Assembly: GCF_016433145.1 (NCBI RefSeq)
Contig: NC_058131.1
Coordinates: 269,055,307-269,119,306, forward strand
DNA: 64,000 nt
Source of the DNA: Gracilinanus agilis
Taxonomy: Eukaryota
Direction: 5' to 3'
A model generated the notes under the pieces. The model did not search any database. It saw nothing but the letters and a program-made list of their open reading frames with translations, and had not been told where the DNA came from. Positions 1 to 26,899 of the stretch are shown here, one piece after another (the stretch's first letter is position 1; the number at the start of each line of letters is the position of its first letter). Position numbers and translations under genes: made by a program.

Positions 1-45
1 CCCCGCTGCCACCTGGATAGTTTCCTTGACGAAAGCTTTAGGCCC

Positions 46-733
46 ATTGGGGGCGGGAGGGAAGCTGAAGGTCCCTTCGGTCCTCGTCAAGCCTTCACTC
101 CAGCCAGGGCTCGGCCAATCCACGGACCCCCGGGGATCCCCTAAATGTTCAAGCCAAGTCTGGGCAAATACCACGCCGCCTTTCCAAGCACTCGCCGGCC
201 TCTTTCTCCTCCCCACTCCCCCCCACTCCCACATCCCCCCACCCCCACCCCCCCGCCCACGGTTGCCCAGGGCCACGCGCCTCTACACAAACAGTCTCCA
301 AGAGGGGCGCGGCCTCGGCCCTCTCCCCAGTAGCCTCTGGGACCCTGAAGCAGAGCCTCCGCCCCCACACGAGGCTGTACCCGCCCGCTCCACCCTTCTG
401 CGCGCCTCCCGCTGCAGTGCGGCGGTTACTAAGACGCTAGCCTCTATCAACCAATCGCGTGAGCTTCTCAGAGTCCTCAACTGAGCCGGCCAATGAAAAG
501 ACAAATCAATCATTTGAAACAGCCAGTGGAGAATGCACTGCAGCGCGAGCAAAAGCTTTCTGATAGGCAGAAGTGGGGCCATCGTCCACCAATAACGAAG
601 GGGAATTGACGGGAAGGCGGGAGTTGGGCCCCTAGATTGACATAGTTAGAGCCAATAGTATGTGAAAATATGTGGCCTCGTTCTCGTTATCCAATAAATG
701 GCGAGAGGAGGCGGGTGCTTGTGGCTATATAAG
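46..733 (+). promoter_or_regulatory. TUBB4B promoter: CCAAT-box array plus TATA box in a GC-rich island
   Basis: CCAAT at 115, 451, 490, 589, 652 and 691; ATTGG at 46; TATATAAG at 726-733, about 90 nt before the ATG; CHR-like TTTGAA at 513-518. Confidence 0.75.
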
Positions 734-821
734 AGTTCGGCAAACGTCGGTTGCAGCAGTCTGCGCGCCCGATCTTTTTCCGCTTCTCTTTCTGTTTGTC
801 TCCGTCGCCGCAGCCGTTACC

Positions 822-3586
<2,765 letters not shown>

Positions 3587-3637
3587 AGCTGTGCATCAGT
3601 TACTCTGTAAATTATGTTGAAAGCTGTATGAACTCTT

Positions 3638-3643
3638 TTTATT
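3638..3643 (-). terminator. Probable FAM166A polyadenylation signal (AATAAA on minus strand)
   Basis: TTTATT on +, about 110 nt past the FAM166A stop, inside the TUBB4B 3' UTR. Confidence 0.65.
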
Positions 3644-3739
3644 CACTCACAAACTTGTTTTTCTGATGTTCATGTCTCGCTGCGTTCTGCACTTGCTGTT
3701 TTCCTGTTCTTTGACATCAAATGCTGTACAGATAACACC

Positions 3740-3745
3740 ATTAAA
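3740..3745 (+). terminator. Probable TUBB4B polyadenylation signal (ATTAAA)
   Basis: ATTAAA about 155 nt after the stop, followed by a U/GU-rich tract at about 3760-3790. Confidence 0.7.
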
Positions 3746-3752
3746 GCATTTT

Positions 3753-9995
<6,243 letters not shown>

Positions 9996-10066
9996 TACAA
10001 CCCCAGCACCTCCTCAACTGGGCTCAGCCTGGCCAGGACATCAGACCCCTTTGCTCAAAGGAGATT

Positions 10067-10080
10067 GTTACCTGGGCAAC
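10067..10080. promoter_or_regulatory. RFX X-box upstream of FAM166A
   Basis: GTTACCTGGGCAAC fits GTTRCCNNRGYAAC, about 70 nt upstream of the ATG at 9995. Confidence 0.7.
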
Positions 10081-11773
10081 CATTGTGAAGAGATGGTACC
10101 AAGTCTAGAACAACCCCAGCAAGCCTGCTTCCTCCTTTTTATCCACTCCAGATTTCTGTGTGTTGGTTTAGCCTTTATGCCTCCCTAGGTTGTCTTAGTC
10201 TCTAAAGCCCTCAGGATTCGATGACCACCTGAAAACTCAAAACTTGCACCAGACCTAGGGATCACACATCTCACTGTCACTTTGTTGGGAGGGTGAATGG
10301 TAAAAGAACCCCTATCCTCCTGGCCCCCATGCACCCTCCCCATCCCTCCATCTTGTTTGGTCAATTTCCATGTGGTTTCTATCTTAAACCCAAGGCCTTT
10401 GACTAGTGGAAAATTTTACTACCTTATTAGATGACATTTATTTCTATTTATCAGTCAGTGATTTCAATTTTGTGGTTAGGGATAATCTTCCATAGCACAA
10501 AGTCATTCATTCTTCTTCCAAGAAGTCTTCCCTGATGGTTCTGCCCTATTCTTAACTCTCCCTTTTCTGAACCTTCTCTAGCACTACTATATACTGTGAA
10601 GCATCTTGAATTATTTTGTGTTTCCCATTGTGGTGTTGGCAAAAATCTTGCTATTATTGCAAGAGCACTACATTTGCAGTTGGCTTATGGACTCAAATCT
10701 CAACTCTGATACTTACACTGATGACTTTAGGTAAATCATTTCTCTGGGTTTCAGTTTCCACATCTCTTAAGGGAACTGGTCCATATATCTCTAGATTTAA
10801 TGTTGCTGTAATTAGACTTTGAGCCCCCAGTAGACAAAAAATCATATCTTCTTTTCCTTCTCCCACATGGTAGCTGTCTATAACACTAGACAGGCACTCA
10901 GTTTCTCAATCTCGTTAAGCTGCCCAAGTTCCCTGTGCTTCCCCTGCTCCATCCCAGCTTTGTTGAACATTGAGTGAATTTTTGTCTCTAGATCCTTCTG
11001 ATTCTGCCCGATGATGATGTCAGTGAGGTATGTATGTTTCCTTTTTAATAATTCTGCTGTTCAAAGGAAATCCTGATACATATAGGTCAAGAAGAAGGGC
11101 CAAAGAGCAAGAGGAGTCATTAATACAGAGACAGTCTCTGAACCAGTGAAATATATTGGTTGAGATTGTCCTCAATTGATAGAAAGTTCCATGTGTTTTG
11201 AGGGACAAAAGGGAAATTAGGAACATATAATAGATCCTTAGATAGGGGGTAGAGTGGGGTATCACCAAGGGCTCTAAAAATGTTGCCTGGTACTTCTTTT
11301 TTCTTTTCTCTTTTCTCTCCCCTCTATCCCAATTACCTAATCTACTGAGTCCTCAAGTCTTCCAGAGACTCTCCTTTAGAGAGAGAGAAGGTTGTAGACC
11401 CTGACCAAATTTTCTAACGTCAGCCAAGGAGTTTGAGGATTTAGGAATCCAGGGCTGCAGAAAATGGGAAGTGAGTGAACAAGGAAGCAAAATAAACAGA
11501 GAGGAAAAAACAGTTAATGAATATTGGGATGGGAAGAAGTGAACTCATTATGAGGACTTTCTTAACCCTCATTCACAGGATCATGAGCCTTGGAAGTAGG
11601 CTACAGTCCTTTAGGCAATTTTGAGACCCTATTGATACTCCTGAGCTGGAAAAAACGTAGTGGTGAGAAAAGTGGGCTGTAATTTGGATCATTCAGCTCT
11701 GTCTTCAGATCTACATCCAGTCCCTTCCTCTCCATCTCATTCTCTTCAGAACTAGAACACCTTTTCCCCATTC

Positions 11774-11787
11774 TTCACCATGGCAAC
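11774..11787. promoter_or_regulatory. RFX X-box-like motif upstream of STPG3
   Basis: TTCACCATGGCAAC, 13/14 match to GTYRCCATGGYAAC, about 90 nt upstream of the ATG at 11879. Confidence 0.55.
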
Positions 11788-11824
11788 AATAAGGGGACCT
11801 TTGTGACAAGACGATGATATCTGA

Positions 11825-16838
<5,014 letters not shown>

Positions 16839-18911
16839 AGCCTTGGAAGCCTGGGGCCTTCGAGCCTCGCTCTTGAACCTGGATCCCTCCCTGTGGCCTG
16901 TGCTATACATTAGAACGTGGGACCTCAGGATCCTGGGCCACTTGATAGAACCCAGAACCCAGAGGTTTCCCCTGGGTTCCTTCCTACGCTCTGGAACCAG
17001 AAGCCTTGGTCTTAGAGCCCCAGCCCTGCCCAGGTCCAATCTTGTGCCTCTCTTGTTATATAGTTATATATTGTTTTTTCCTAGACTCTCTATTCCATTC
17101 ATGGCTACCAGTTTACACACAGATTGATAACCGACATTCAGAATAAGATACAGAGTACACAATAACACATTCAGTATTATGAGCAAAATCCACACACTTA
17201 AAAATTAAGGATAACACAATACAAAGTAGTGGGTGCTACTTTTTCTGTCTTCTCTTTGGCTATTTTTGTGGTTGTATCTCTTTCTCTGTCTTTCTCTAGC
17301 CATGATCTCTTGCTAAAGCTGAGGTCAGCAGGCTTTCAGGGCCCCGGGCCTCAGTGAAGAGCTAAAGTGGGCAACTCCGCCCTAAGAACTCCTATAGAAC
17401 CAAAGGGAGATGACGTGAGTGGGGACTAGGCAGACTGCAGCCACAGCTGGCAGTCATACCCCACACTAGGAGACACTTTCTTTGTGTGAGTTAGATCCCC
17501 AGGCTAACTAAGGCCTGTACATTAGATATATCTTTAAGAACACATTCCCTCTCTCCCTTCATGTGATGAGACTCCTCCAGTGAGGAGACAGATCTCAGGG
17601 GAAGGCTCCTGCCACTGGGCATCCTTGGCTGCTGTTTTTGGCTTGACCTGCCTTAGAGAAATCACAAAGCCTCTGGGGGTGCTACCCAGGAAGGGGAAGG
17701 AACCTCAGGATAGGGGAGTGAGTTGGCAGAAGTTCTGAGCTGTGTGTTTGTGCACAGATGTGTATGTGAGTTGTTGGCATGCTGTTTGTGTTCAGTATCA
17801 AGTAAAACACGTCCCCAAACTCCCTCTCTGGTATTATGGGGTCCCGCCCTCTCCATAATCCCAGCACTGCCCTAGCTTAGAAGGGTCCTGAAATAGACCC
17901 CAAATGGAGCAGGCCTGCCTGGCATAGGAGGAGAGGGCAAGTGTTTGGGGAATTGGGACTTTTGAGTGGAAGCTTTGCTCTTAGCCAACACATTCCAGAT
18001 TTCACACAGGGAGTTGGGCTTGTTCTGTGGACAAGGGGATTCCTAGTCCCTGCAAGTCTTGGTTCTCTTCTCTTCTCTCATGTTCTCTTGGTGGTCTGGT
18101 CCTTTGTCCCTATCATATCTGCCCTTGGCTGGGGCTGCTGCTATGTGCTTGGGAGCTGCAGTGTTCTGGGTTCTGCTGGTTTTAGAGAGGTGAGATGAGC
18201 ACAATTGGTCGGTTTTGAAAAGGTTCAGAGGAACAGGCAGCAATCCTGTGAAAACTTGCCTGATCTCAGTCCCGGCCTCATCTGTGGCCGTGTTTCGTCC
18301 AGTGTGGGCTGCAGCAGCCCCCTCTTCCCATGATGAGAGAGGAATTGCTCTGGATCCACACCGATTCCCTCCTACCCTGCAGTGTCTGCAGGAGCTGTGA
18401 CTGTCACTCTCATGCCCCAAGGGGGAAAAAACCACAAAATGGTACTATTTGGAAGAAATGATGAAAAATGAAGGTTTATGAAAAAAGTTGATAAATTTTA
18501 AATATAAAATTTTGGTTTGAACAAGTCCTCAGTGAAGCAGTGACAACACATTCTACACATATCAGCTGAGGGAGTAAATGGGAGGCAGTTTCATCCTCTA
18601 TGGGGGGGAGGGGCTTCACGTTCTCCAGTGGGGTTAAGGTACATCCCCTGATAAGCAGTGAGCCCGGTGATGATTGCATCATAGCTTCTGAGCTGCAAGG
18701 AACCTTGGAGAAACCATTTAGTCCAATCGTTTTACCAAAGAGGGAACTGCATCAGAGAGGTTGTCTTTTCAGTCACATCAAAGTGACCAAATTGGGATTT
18801 GAACTCAGGTTGTCAGACTCCAAATCTAGAGTTCTTTCCATCAGGCATGGGCCTAGCATTCAAAGGGTCTTCCTAGAGTTATAAAAGAGTAATCCCATCC
18901 TCCTATACTAC

Positions 18912-19100
18912 TTTTTTTTCCCCTTAAACCCTTACCTTCTTAGAATCAACATATTGATTTTAAAGCAAAAGAGCAATAAGGGCTAGGCTATGGGGATTTA
19001 GTGACTTGTTCAGGGTCACACAGCTAGGAAGTGTATGAGGCCAGATAGGATCCCAGGACCTCCCATCTCCAGGCCTGGCTCTATCCATCTAGCTGCCCCC
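18912..19100 (-). mobile_element. SINE1_Mdo-like CORE-SINE
   Basis: Antisense copy with T-tail and head ending agctgccccc. Confidence 0.8.
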
Positions 19101-19159
19101 TGCCCTCCCTTAAGAGAACATTCTGTCTTCTGATTACCCTACTGTGCTACAGAGTTCTT

Positions 19160-19640
19160 ATAAGATCATCCAGTCTTCCTGTGGACAAGGTCATCTAGTC
19201 CAAGGCCCCTGCCATTTCCCCACCAAGCTCATCTCATCCAATCCCCTGGCAGTATTCCCAGTGAGGGGTTTCCCAGGCTTTCCCTGAAGATCTTCAGTAA
19301 TGGGAAACCTGGCAGCCACCCATACCATTTTTGCCCATTTCTATTTGTTAGGTTGTTTTTCTTTGTGTTGAGCTGAAATCTGACATTTCTGTTTATTTTA
19401 GTTCTGCCTTCTGAAGGCCAAGTGAATCCCAATTCCAAGTGATAGTTTTTCAAATACTTGAATGCAGGTCCTCCCTACATCTTCTCCAGGTTGACTATCC
19501 TCAGCCTTCATGGTTTCAAGTTTCCTTACCATGAGGGTCCCCTTCCCCTGGACATTACCCAGCTTGTGGATCTCCTTTTTGTGCGGCCAGATTCTGGGCC
19601 CCACAGCTCCATGTCCAAGCTCCGTGCATATCCTCATTTC
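19160..19640 (-). mobile_element. CR1/L3 LINE 3' fragment
   Basis: Resembles antisense CR1 3' region (ggtcatctagtccaa...gttgagctgaaatctg...aaatacttgaa); by eye. Confidence 0.45.
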
Positions 19641-22600
19641 CCTCAGGAGGCTGTCTTAAAGACTAGTCATTCCTCTTTCTAGGGTACCTTTCAGGAGCCC
19701 ACCAAAACAGATATCTTCTCCAGAGCCAAGGCCAGAATCATTCCCTACATCCTACTTCATCCTGAGCTGCTATTTCCAGATGCCCTATTTCAGCTCTTTC
19801 AGGCCTCCATTTTGGATTCTGAGGTTCCGAACATAACAACCTTTAGGATACCAAAAGAACTTGATTCAGTGGGTCTAGAAAGTAGCCCCAATTTTCCTAG
19901 CCCTTTGATAGGGTTTAGCCAGCTGGCAGAAAGCGAGTCCTCAGGAAGCGGTTTGTAGTTTTTAGCTTGGGTATCTTGCAGGGCTGTGTTCCCAGACTGG
20001 AATTGGGTTGTAGCATGTCAGGGGCTCTCCTGTGTGGAGTCGTCTGTCAAGATCTGCAGAAATACAAGGCCACTGAGGAGCAATGGCAGCTGGGGGTGGG
20101 CATGAGTTGGGCTGGACCCAGTTCTTAGGTGGATACAGGGCTCTGAACTTTCCTGTCTGGGAGTTGTGAACCTGGCCAAATCTGTGCCCAGAGAACCTCT
20201 CGGCGGCCATGACAAACCTTTAAAGAGTGCCCAGAGAGCATATTCAAGCTGTCTGTGAGCCCAGGCTACCTACCACTACCTACTGGAGAGAGCTGAGGGA
20301 GAAAGTGCATGCTTTGGGCAGCTGGGCAGAAGTGTGGGGCATTCCAAAAATGTCCTCCAGCGCTGGCAAGAGGGAGAACGGAGCAGCTCTCCGAGGGCCG
20401 GCTCTGCACACGTGCCATGTCTTCACCAACCAAGGCTCTGGGGCCCCTTTCCAGGTCTAAGCCTCCTGGACAGTGGCTTTCCTGGATGGACTCCTTAAGG
20501 ACTAGATCCTGGGCTGGTCCTCCTTTTTGCTGAGATTAGCTCAGACCTAACAGGATTCCCGGTGGGAGATGTGCTTTTATCCGATTCTCCCCGGGCTGTA
20601 AATACTTCAGAGAGGGAATGAAGTCATCCTGGGAGTGGCTGGGAGGAGCTGGAGGGGCATAACCTTGGCTCTCCTTCCCATGCTGGGCCCCACCAGGAGA
20701 AACTGGAAAAGGCTGGATGAGGGGAGGAGGCCTGGGCGGGACCTAGGCAGCCTTCTGTCAGCACAGGTATGCAGATAATGCCCACCTGGCCTACCCCTTC
20801 TGTTCCACAGTCTGTCCTTTCAGGTAGGAGAAGCAAGACTGCTCCGTCCTGAAAAGGTTCAGGGGAGCAAGACGGCAAGCCTGTGAAATCTTGCCTGATC
20901 CCAATTCAGGTCTCTTCTGCAGAGTTCCATCCCAGAATGGGCTCTCCCAGCCCTCTCCCAGTTTCCCCACCACTGGGGCCTGGGCATCTAATTACCTGGC
21001 TGCCTGGAGGCTAGGGCCGGCTTTTTTTTTTTAAGTCTCTTTGGTCTTTTATCTATTCTAAGGCTGGAGAACAACAAGGGCCCAACAGTAGTGGTTAAGT
21101 GACACGCCCAGGGTCACACAGCTAGAAGGGGCCAGATTGGAAGCCAGGCCAGCCCATCTCCAGCCCGCCATTCTTTCCCCTGTGCTTCCTAGCTCGGATG
21201 GCTCTCCTTTGGATGACTTCTGCCTGTGTCTCTCTCCTATATATACATGCTCATGTAGTGTATGTCATACATGCACCTGCACAAACACATCTTTGTTAAG
21301 GTGCACTGTTGCTCTGAAGGTTGGCCAAGAACTAGTTTTCTCTTTATTTGGCTCTGGGAAAATAGAGGCTATTGTACTCCCTCCAGCCTGGCTAGAAAAG
21401 AAGGGGAGGAAGAGAGAGAGGGAGGGAAAGAGAGAGGGAAGGAGGAAGAGTCACAGAGACATTGGGGGATTTAATGGCCTGCCTCTGGCTGCAGGGGAAA
21501 GAGACCATCTCTTCCATGCCTCTGGAGATCATGAATTCCTTAAGACTAGGGAAAAGCTACCTAGGGGGTGAATTGGAGGGAAATACCCCCCTGTAGTTTC
21601 CCTCTTATTCTCCAGGCCCTTTCGTGGTCTGGCCAGTGCAGCTTAGCCTTGCAAGGAAGGGCCTCCCAAATGGCCCGCTGATGGAAGACCCTAATCACAA
21701 CAGTAATGACAGCTCCTCCTGGGTGCCAGGTATTAATAAGCCCTCTCTATGGCCCAATTTGGTCTTCACGACTGACCCAGGAGGTAGGTGTTATCTCCAT
21801 TTTGCAGATGTGGAAAGGGAGGCAAAGGAGGCTTCCGTGATTGCCCCAGGCCCCAGGCGGTGCAAGGCCAAGGCCAGTGGTTGTGTGGTATTTGTGGGGC
21901 CTTTGCTTACACTAGCAGCCCTCCTGGTTCCAGGCCTTGTGGTGGGGAGATAGATAAGCAATGTCTGTTTCCTTAGGTCCTTTCTAATCTAATGGGAGAA
22001 TATAAAAATCAAGTTTAATAACAGTGCAGAGGTCTTCTCCATTTTGTTAACTACTAAGTGAAGGAGATGGTAAATCTATAGGAGTTTGAAGGAGAGAAGA
22101 GATCTTTACAGATTAGGCAGCATTCTAGAAGCGGGTCCAGAATGAGAACCACTACAAATCCCCCAGGATTGCTTGTGTTACCCAAGCTTGGAATAATACT
22201 GGTACTTGAACCCAGGGTGGAGAAAACACTCTGCTAAGTAAACACCAGCTGGATCAGGCTAAGCTCAGCCAAAGTCTCTTTGATATGAACCTTATTCTAA
22301 ACATTCCCCACCCCATCTTCCCTCTACAAAAAAAAAAAAAAAAAAAAAGACATTCTTCAGTTATTTTAGAAATTCTTCTATAGAACAAACTTCCAGCACT
22401 GGTGGTCACCCCCCTCCCCCTCCCCAAGGGTCCTGAAGCCCGTGGAAGCACGCGGATGGGCCGGCAGCCCTGGAGGGCTGTCTAGAGACTGCTAACTTCT
22501 CTCTCTCTGACTTTCAATAAAGTCTATGTAAATAAACCAGTGGTAGCACGCTCCGTTTGTCAGACCTCTGAATCCAGTATTCAGGCCAACACAGGTGGTC

Positions 22601-23079
22601 AGGGATACTTCCAGAAGAGGCGGGACTTAACTGGCATAAGTAGATTTGGCTAGGGAGGATATATGTGTGTGTATATGTATGTGTTATAGATAATATGCAT
22701 ATATATAATAGATAATATCACCTATATGTGGTTGGCCGTGTAATATTGGCCTCCTCTCAAAGAGGCATGGATATGATCTGGGATCTAGCCAGCTGAGTGC
22801 TAAATTTTCATTATGAGCATTTGTACCTTAGAGTCAGCAATGGTTACAAATTAGGACTTTCTTTTTTTTTATTATTCATACTTAATGGAAGTATTAACAG
22901 AAGGGAGACTGATTTCCACCTTTGTTGACCATGGCTGGATGCTTTGCTTCTTTCTGTGTCGAACTCCAAGAAGGGTACATACGGAGATACATACTATATA
23001 TATCCACATACCACATATACATCGTTAATGTATATGTGTAGATAGAGAGAAAAAACATTTTTGTTAATTAAAAAGTTTT

Positions 23080-23082
<3 letters not shown>

Positions 23083-23111
<29 letters not shown>
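23083..23111. repeat. (AC)n microsatellite
   Basis: About 14 perfect AC units. Confidence 0.9.
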
Positions 23112-23204
23112 GCTTGTTATAGATAATTTAACTCCAATAAAATGCTGGGTACCCAAAAGACCAGGAAGAGCGAGCTAATGCATAAGAAGTACATTGAAAG
23201 TGGA

Positions 23205-23408
23205 GGGGGCAGCTGGGTAGCTCAGTGGATTGAGAGTCAGGCCTAGAGACGGGAGGTCCTAGGTTCAAATCTGACCTCAGACACTTCCCAGCTGTGTGAC
23301 TCTGGGCAAGTCACTTGACCCCCATTGCCTACCCTTACCAATCTTCTGTCTTAGAACTAATACATAGTATTGATTCTAAGGCAGAAGGTAAGGGTTTAAA
23401 AAAAAAAA
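23205..23408 (+). mobile_element. SINE1_Mdo-like CORE-SINE
   Basis: gggggcagctgggtagctcagtgg head, core, and cagaaggtaagggttt-polyA tail. Confidence 0.85.
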
Positions 23409-23789
23409 TGGAGAAGTTCTATAATTAGAGTAGAACAAGGAATATATGAGTAAATGAGTTCTTCACCTTGGGAGCAAGATATAAATACCGACTCAAGCAA
23501 GAAGAGAATGATGTCCCAGGCGTGTTAGTTATACGTGTTGGGGATAGTGGGGAGGGAAACAATCTGAGCAGTTCCCAGAGTTGGAAGTTCTTAAGCCAAG
23601 GGATATGTAGAGGACTTGCCCCTTAAGCTTCTGCAGCTCCAGGGAGATCTGACTGCCATTCAGAAGTTTGAGCTTATCCAAATGACTATATGACTAAACA
23701 TAAATCATAAATTAGAGAAGCAAGAAAGAAATTGCCTGTCAGATCTATGAATGAGGGAAAGTTAATGGCTAAACAAAAGGTAAAGAAGG

Positions 23790-24830
23790 GTCACAGGAGG
23801 TAAAAAATGAGTGGTTTTAATTACATTAAAAAAAAAGTTTTTGTACAAGCAAAACCAAGGAGCTAAAAAGAAGCAGGTAAATGGGGGAAGGGAAGAATCT
23901 TTGAAGCAAGTTTTTCGGATAAAGGTCTTTTATTTTTTTAAAGTTCTTGTTTCTAAGATATATAGGGAAATGATTCACATAAGAATTTATTTATAAGAAT
24001 AAAAGCCATTCTCCAATTGGGATATGAATAGTCCGTTTTTTAGAGGGAGATTCAAGCTATCAATTACCATCTAAAATGCTCCAAATCACTAAAAACTAGA
24101 GAAATGCAAATTAAAACAACTCTGAGGATCCATCTCATACCCATCAGATTGGCAAAGCTGACCAAAAGGAAAATGACAGCCTAGAAGAGTTGAGGAAATA
24201 TAGGTACATCGATGCACCTCATCTAGTCATTTTGGAAAGCAATCTGACAGTTTGTCCCAAAAGCTATTAAACTATGACCTTTGGCCTAGTAATACCACTA
24301 CCAGGTCTATACCCCAAAAACATTAAAAAAAAAAAAAGGGAAACCCCATATATACAAAACTATAGCAGGTTTTTTTTTTTTAACAGTAGCAAAGAATTAA
24401 GGGAGTACCCACCCATCAACTGGGTAATGGTTGAACAAGTTATAGTATAAAATGATGGGATATTATTGTGCTTTTAAAAAAATGATGAAAGGGATGATTT
24501 CAATAAACCTGAAAAGACTTGTATGAACTGATAAAGAGTGAAATGAGCAGACCAGAAGAATTTAAACAATAATAGCAATGTTAAGATAAACAACTTTCAA
24601 AGACTCAACTCCAGATGACTCAAAGTAAAACATGATACCCACCTCCTAATAAAGAGGTGATGGACTCAGAGTACAAATTGGGACATATTTTATGGGGGAA
24701 CGTGACCAATGTGGGAGTTTGTTTTGCTTGACTCTATATATTTGCAATGGAGGTTTTGTTTTTCTTGCTTTCTCAGTAAGGGAGGAGGTGGAAGATAAAG
24801 AAGGTGGATTTGAAAATAAGATAAAATGTA
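23790..24830 (+). mobile_element. LINE-1 3' fragment (degraded ORF2 C-terminus plus 3' UTR)
   Basis: atgcaaattaaaacaactctgagg...ctcatacccatcagattggc encodes an MQIKTTLR..HLIPIRLA-like L1 ORF2 motif. Confidence 0.75.
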
Positions 24831-25664
24831 ATTTTTTTAAAAGTCTGAGCTTGCTTTTCTAAACTACCTCTCAAAAGTTCTCCAGTCACCTCTTCATGTT
24901 GTAACTTAGTATTCTCTCAGCCAATCAGAAGTCACTTAACCAGGCCTCTTAGAAAGCGCAGCATGGTGGCAGGGCTCTTAAGCACAACCTAAGGTTTGGG
25001 GAAAAAGTGAAATCAGAGAAGGAAGAGGTGAAATACTCCAGATCAGATACAGCATTAGCAAAGGCCCGCCCCCCCCCCAAAAAAAGGAACTTAATTAGGT
25101 TCATGTAGGGAAGCTCAGAGGAGAACTCTGGGTGAGGCTTGACCCTGTATTTTGCAGGAATTCCATGCTGCCATTTTCTATATTACAGAAGCTAAAATTG
25201 GACAGTTACAAATGTGATCCAAGCTACATGAATAGAATAATGTCCAAATTGTAGGGAGTTCTAGACCTGTTATAAGATCTTGGATTTAGGAGAATTTTCA
25301 TTTGAGGTTCGAGTACAAGTCCTGTCTGGAATGGTGGGAGGGACCTATAAGGTGGGAGCTGCCAGTGTTGAGAAAAAAGGCAACTAGGTTTTCCCTGGCC
25401 ATGCCCTGGAAGGTGCAGGGATGGAGGCTAAGTCAGGCTTATTCCTACTTGCTTTCCAACAAAGTAAAGGGTAAGGGTTGAAAATAACAGATCCAACATT
25501 AAAAGCAAGTGAGTTGGAGATAGTCCAGATTTGCCAGAATATTTCCTCAGATAACAATGACTTTCTGTGCAAAAAAAAAAAAAAAAAATAGGCCAAGACT
25601 TTGGTTCTAAAATTATCTTTCAAGATGATGAGTCACTTATAAACTATAAAAATGGGATTGAAAA

Positions 25665-26760
25665 CATTCTTTTTATTTATTTTTATTTAATTTAATTTTT
25701 TCAGTTACATGTAGAAACAATTTTTGACAATTATTTTTTGACATTTCAGAATTCAAGTTTCCTCCCAACCTTCCCTACCCCAAGGTGATGAATAATATGA
25801 TAAAAATTATATCCATACTTTCATGTAATACATATTTCTATATTGCTCATGTCATGATAGAAGTCACACGTCAAACATATAATAGAAATGTCATGGAGGA
25901 AATAAAGTGAAAGATGGTGTACTTTGATCTGTGCCCAGACTCCAAAATTTCCTTTTTTGACTGTGGGGAGCATTTTCATCATGAGTCCCTTATGGTTATC
26001 TTGGAGATTTGCTTTGCTGATAATGGTTTAATCCTTCACTGCTGATCATCAGATAGTATTTCTGTTACTGCATACACAGTTCTCTTGGATCTGCTCACTT
26101 CTCTTTACCTCAGTTCATATAAGTCAACTCATCCTGTTCTTCTTTTCTTATGGCACAACAGTATTCCATTATGACCATATACCATAACATGTTCATCCAT
26201 TCCCAAAGCAATGGACGCCCTGCTGTTTCCAATTCTTTGCCTCCACAAAGAGCTGCTAAAAAATATTTTGGTATAGGTAGGTTCATTTCCCTTAATCTCT
26301 TTGAGATACAGACCCAACAGTGCTATTGCTGGGTCAAAGGATATACATAGTTTTGTGGCCCTTTGAACCTGGTTCCATATTGCTCTCCAGAATTGTTGTA
26401 TCAGTTCACAGTTCCACCAACAATGTATTAGAGTCCCAATTTTCCCTGCATCTCCTCCAGTATTTATCATTTTCTTTTTTAGTCTTGTTAGGCAATCTGA
26501 TAGGTATGAAGTGGTATCTCAGAGTTGTTTTCATTTGTATTTCTCTAATCAATGCAGATTTGGAGCATTCTTTCAAATGACTATGGATAGTCTTAATTTT
26601 TTCCTCTGAGAATGTCTGTTCATATCTATCCCTTGACTATTTTTCAACTGGGGGATGCTTTGAATTCTCATAAATTTTACTCTGTTCTCTATATATTTGA
26701 GAGATGAATCTTTTGTCAGAGATACTTGCTATAAGATTTGTTGTTTCCCTTCTCTTGGTG
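25665..26760 (-). mobile_element. LINE-1 3' fragment
   Basis: ORF 26129-26470 (GTLIHCWWNCEL..FWRAIWN..DPAIALLGLY) is L1 ORF2 C-terminus; T-rich tail at about 25670. Confidence 0.85.
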
Positions 26761-26899
26761 ATTTCAAGCATTCTTCATAAAATATGGGACAGATGCTATA
26801 AAGAAAACCCTAGTTTCATAATAGAAAGGAAGATCTATTCCCAGGAAAAGTTAATCTCCCAAATGTACAGCACTTGAATATTTTTGGTAGTAAGGGATG

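Noticed and set aside
17054-17542. LTR-like segment with TG...CA ends after STPG3
   Set aside because: No target-site duplication or clear TATA/polyA signal found, so not called
18143-18189. Signal-peptide-like mini-exon MCLGAAVFWVLLVLE with donor AG|GTGAGA
   Set aside because: The best downstream acceptor (about 19981) gives a frame with stops and no recognisable protein; kept only as context for the 18188/20822 repeat
19980-20520. Degenerate frame with short resemblances to FAM69/DIPK1 motifs (VCQDL, AKSV, DKP)
   Set aside because: Motifs are in the wrong order and in different frames; likely coincidence
26129-26580. ORFs of 66-113 aa as a novel gene
   Set aside because: LINE-1 ORF2 remnant
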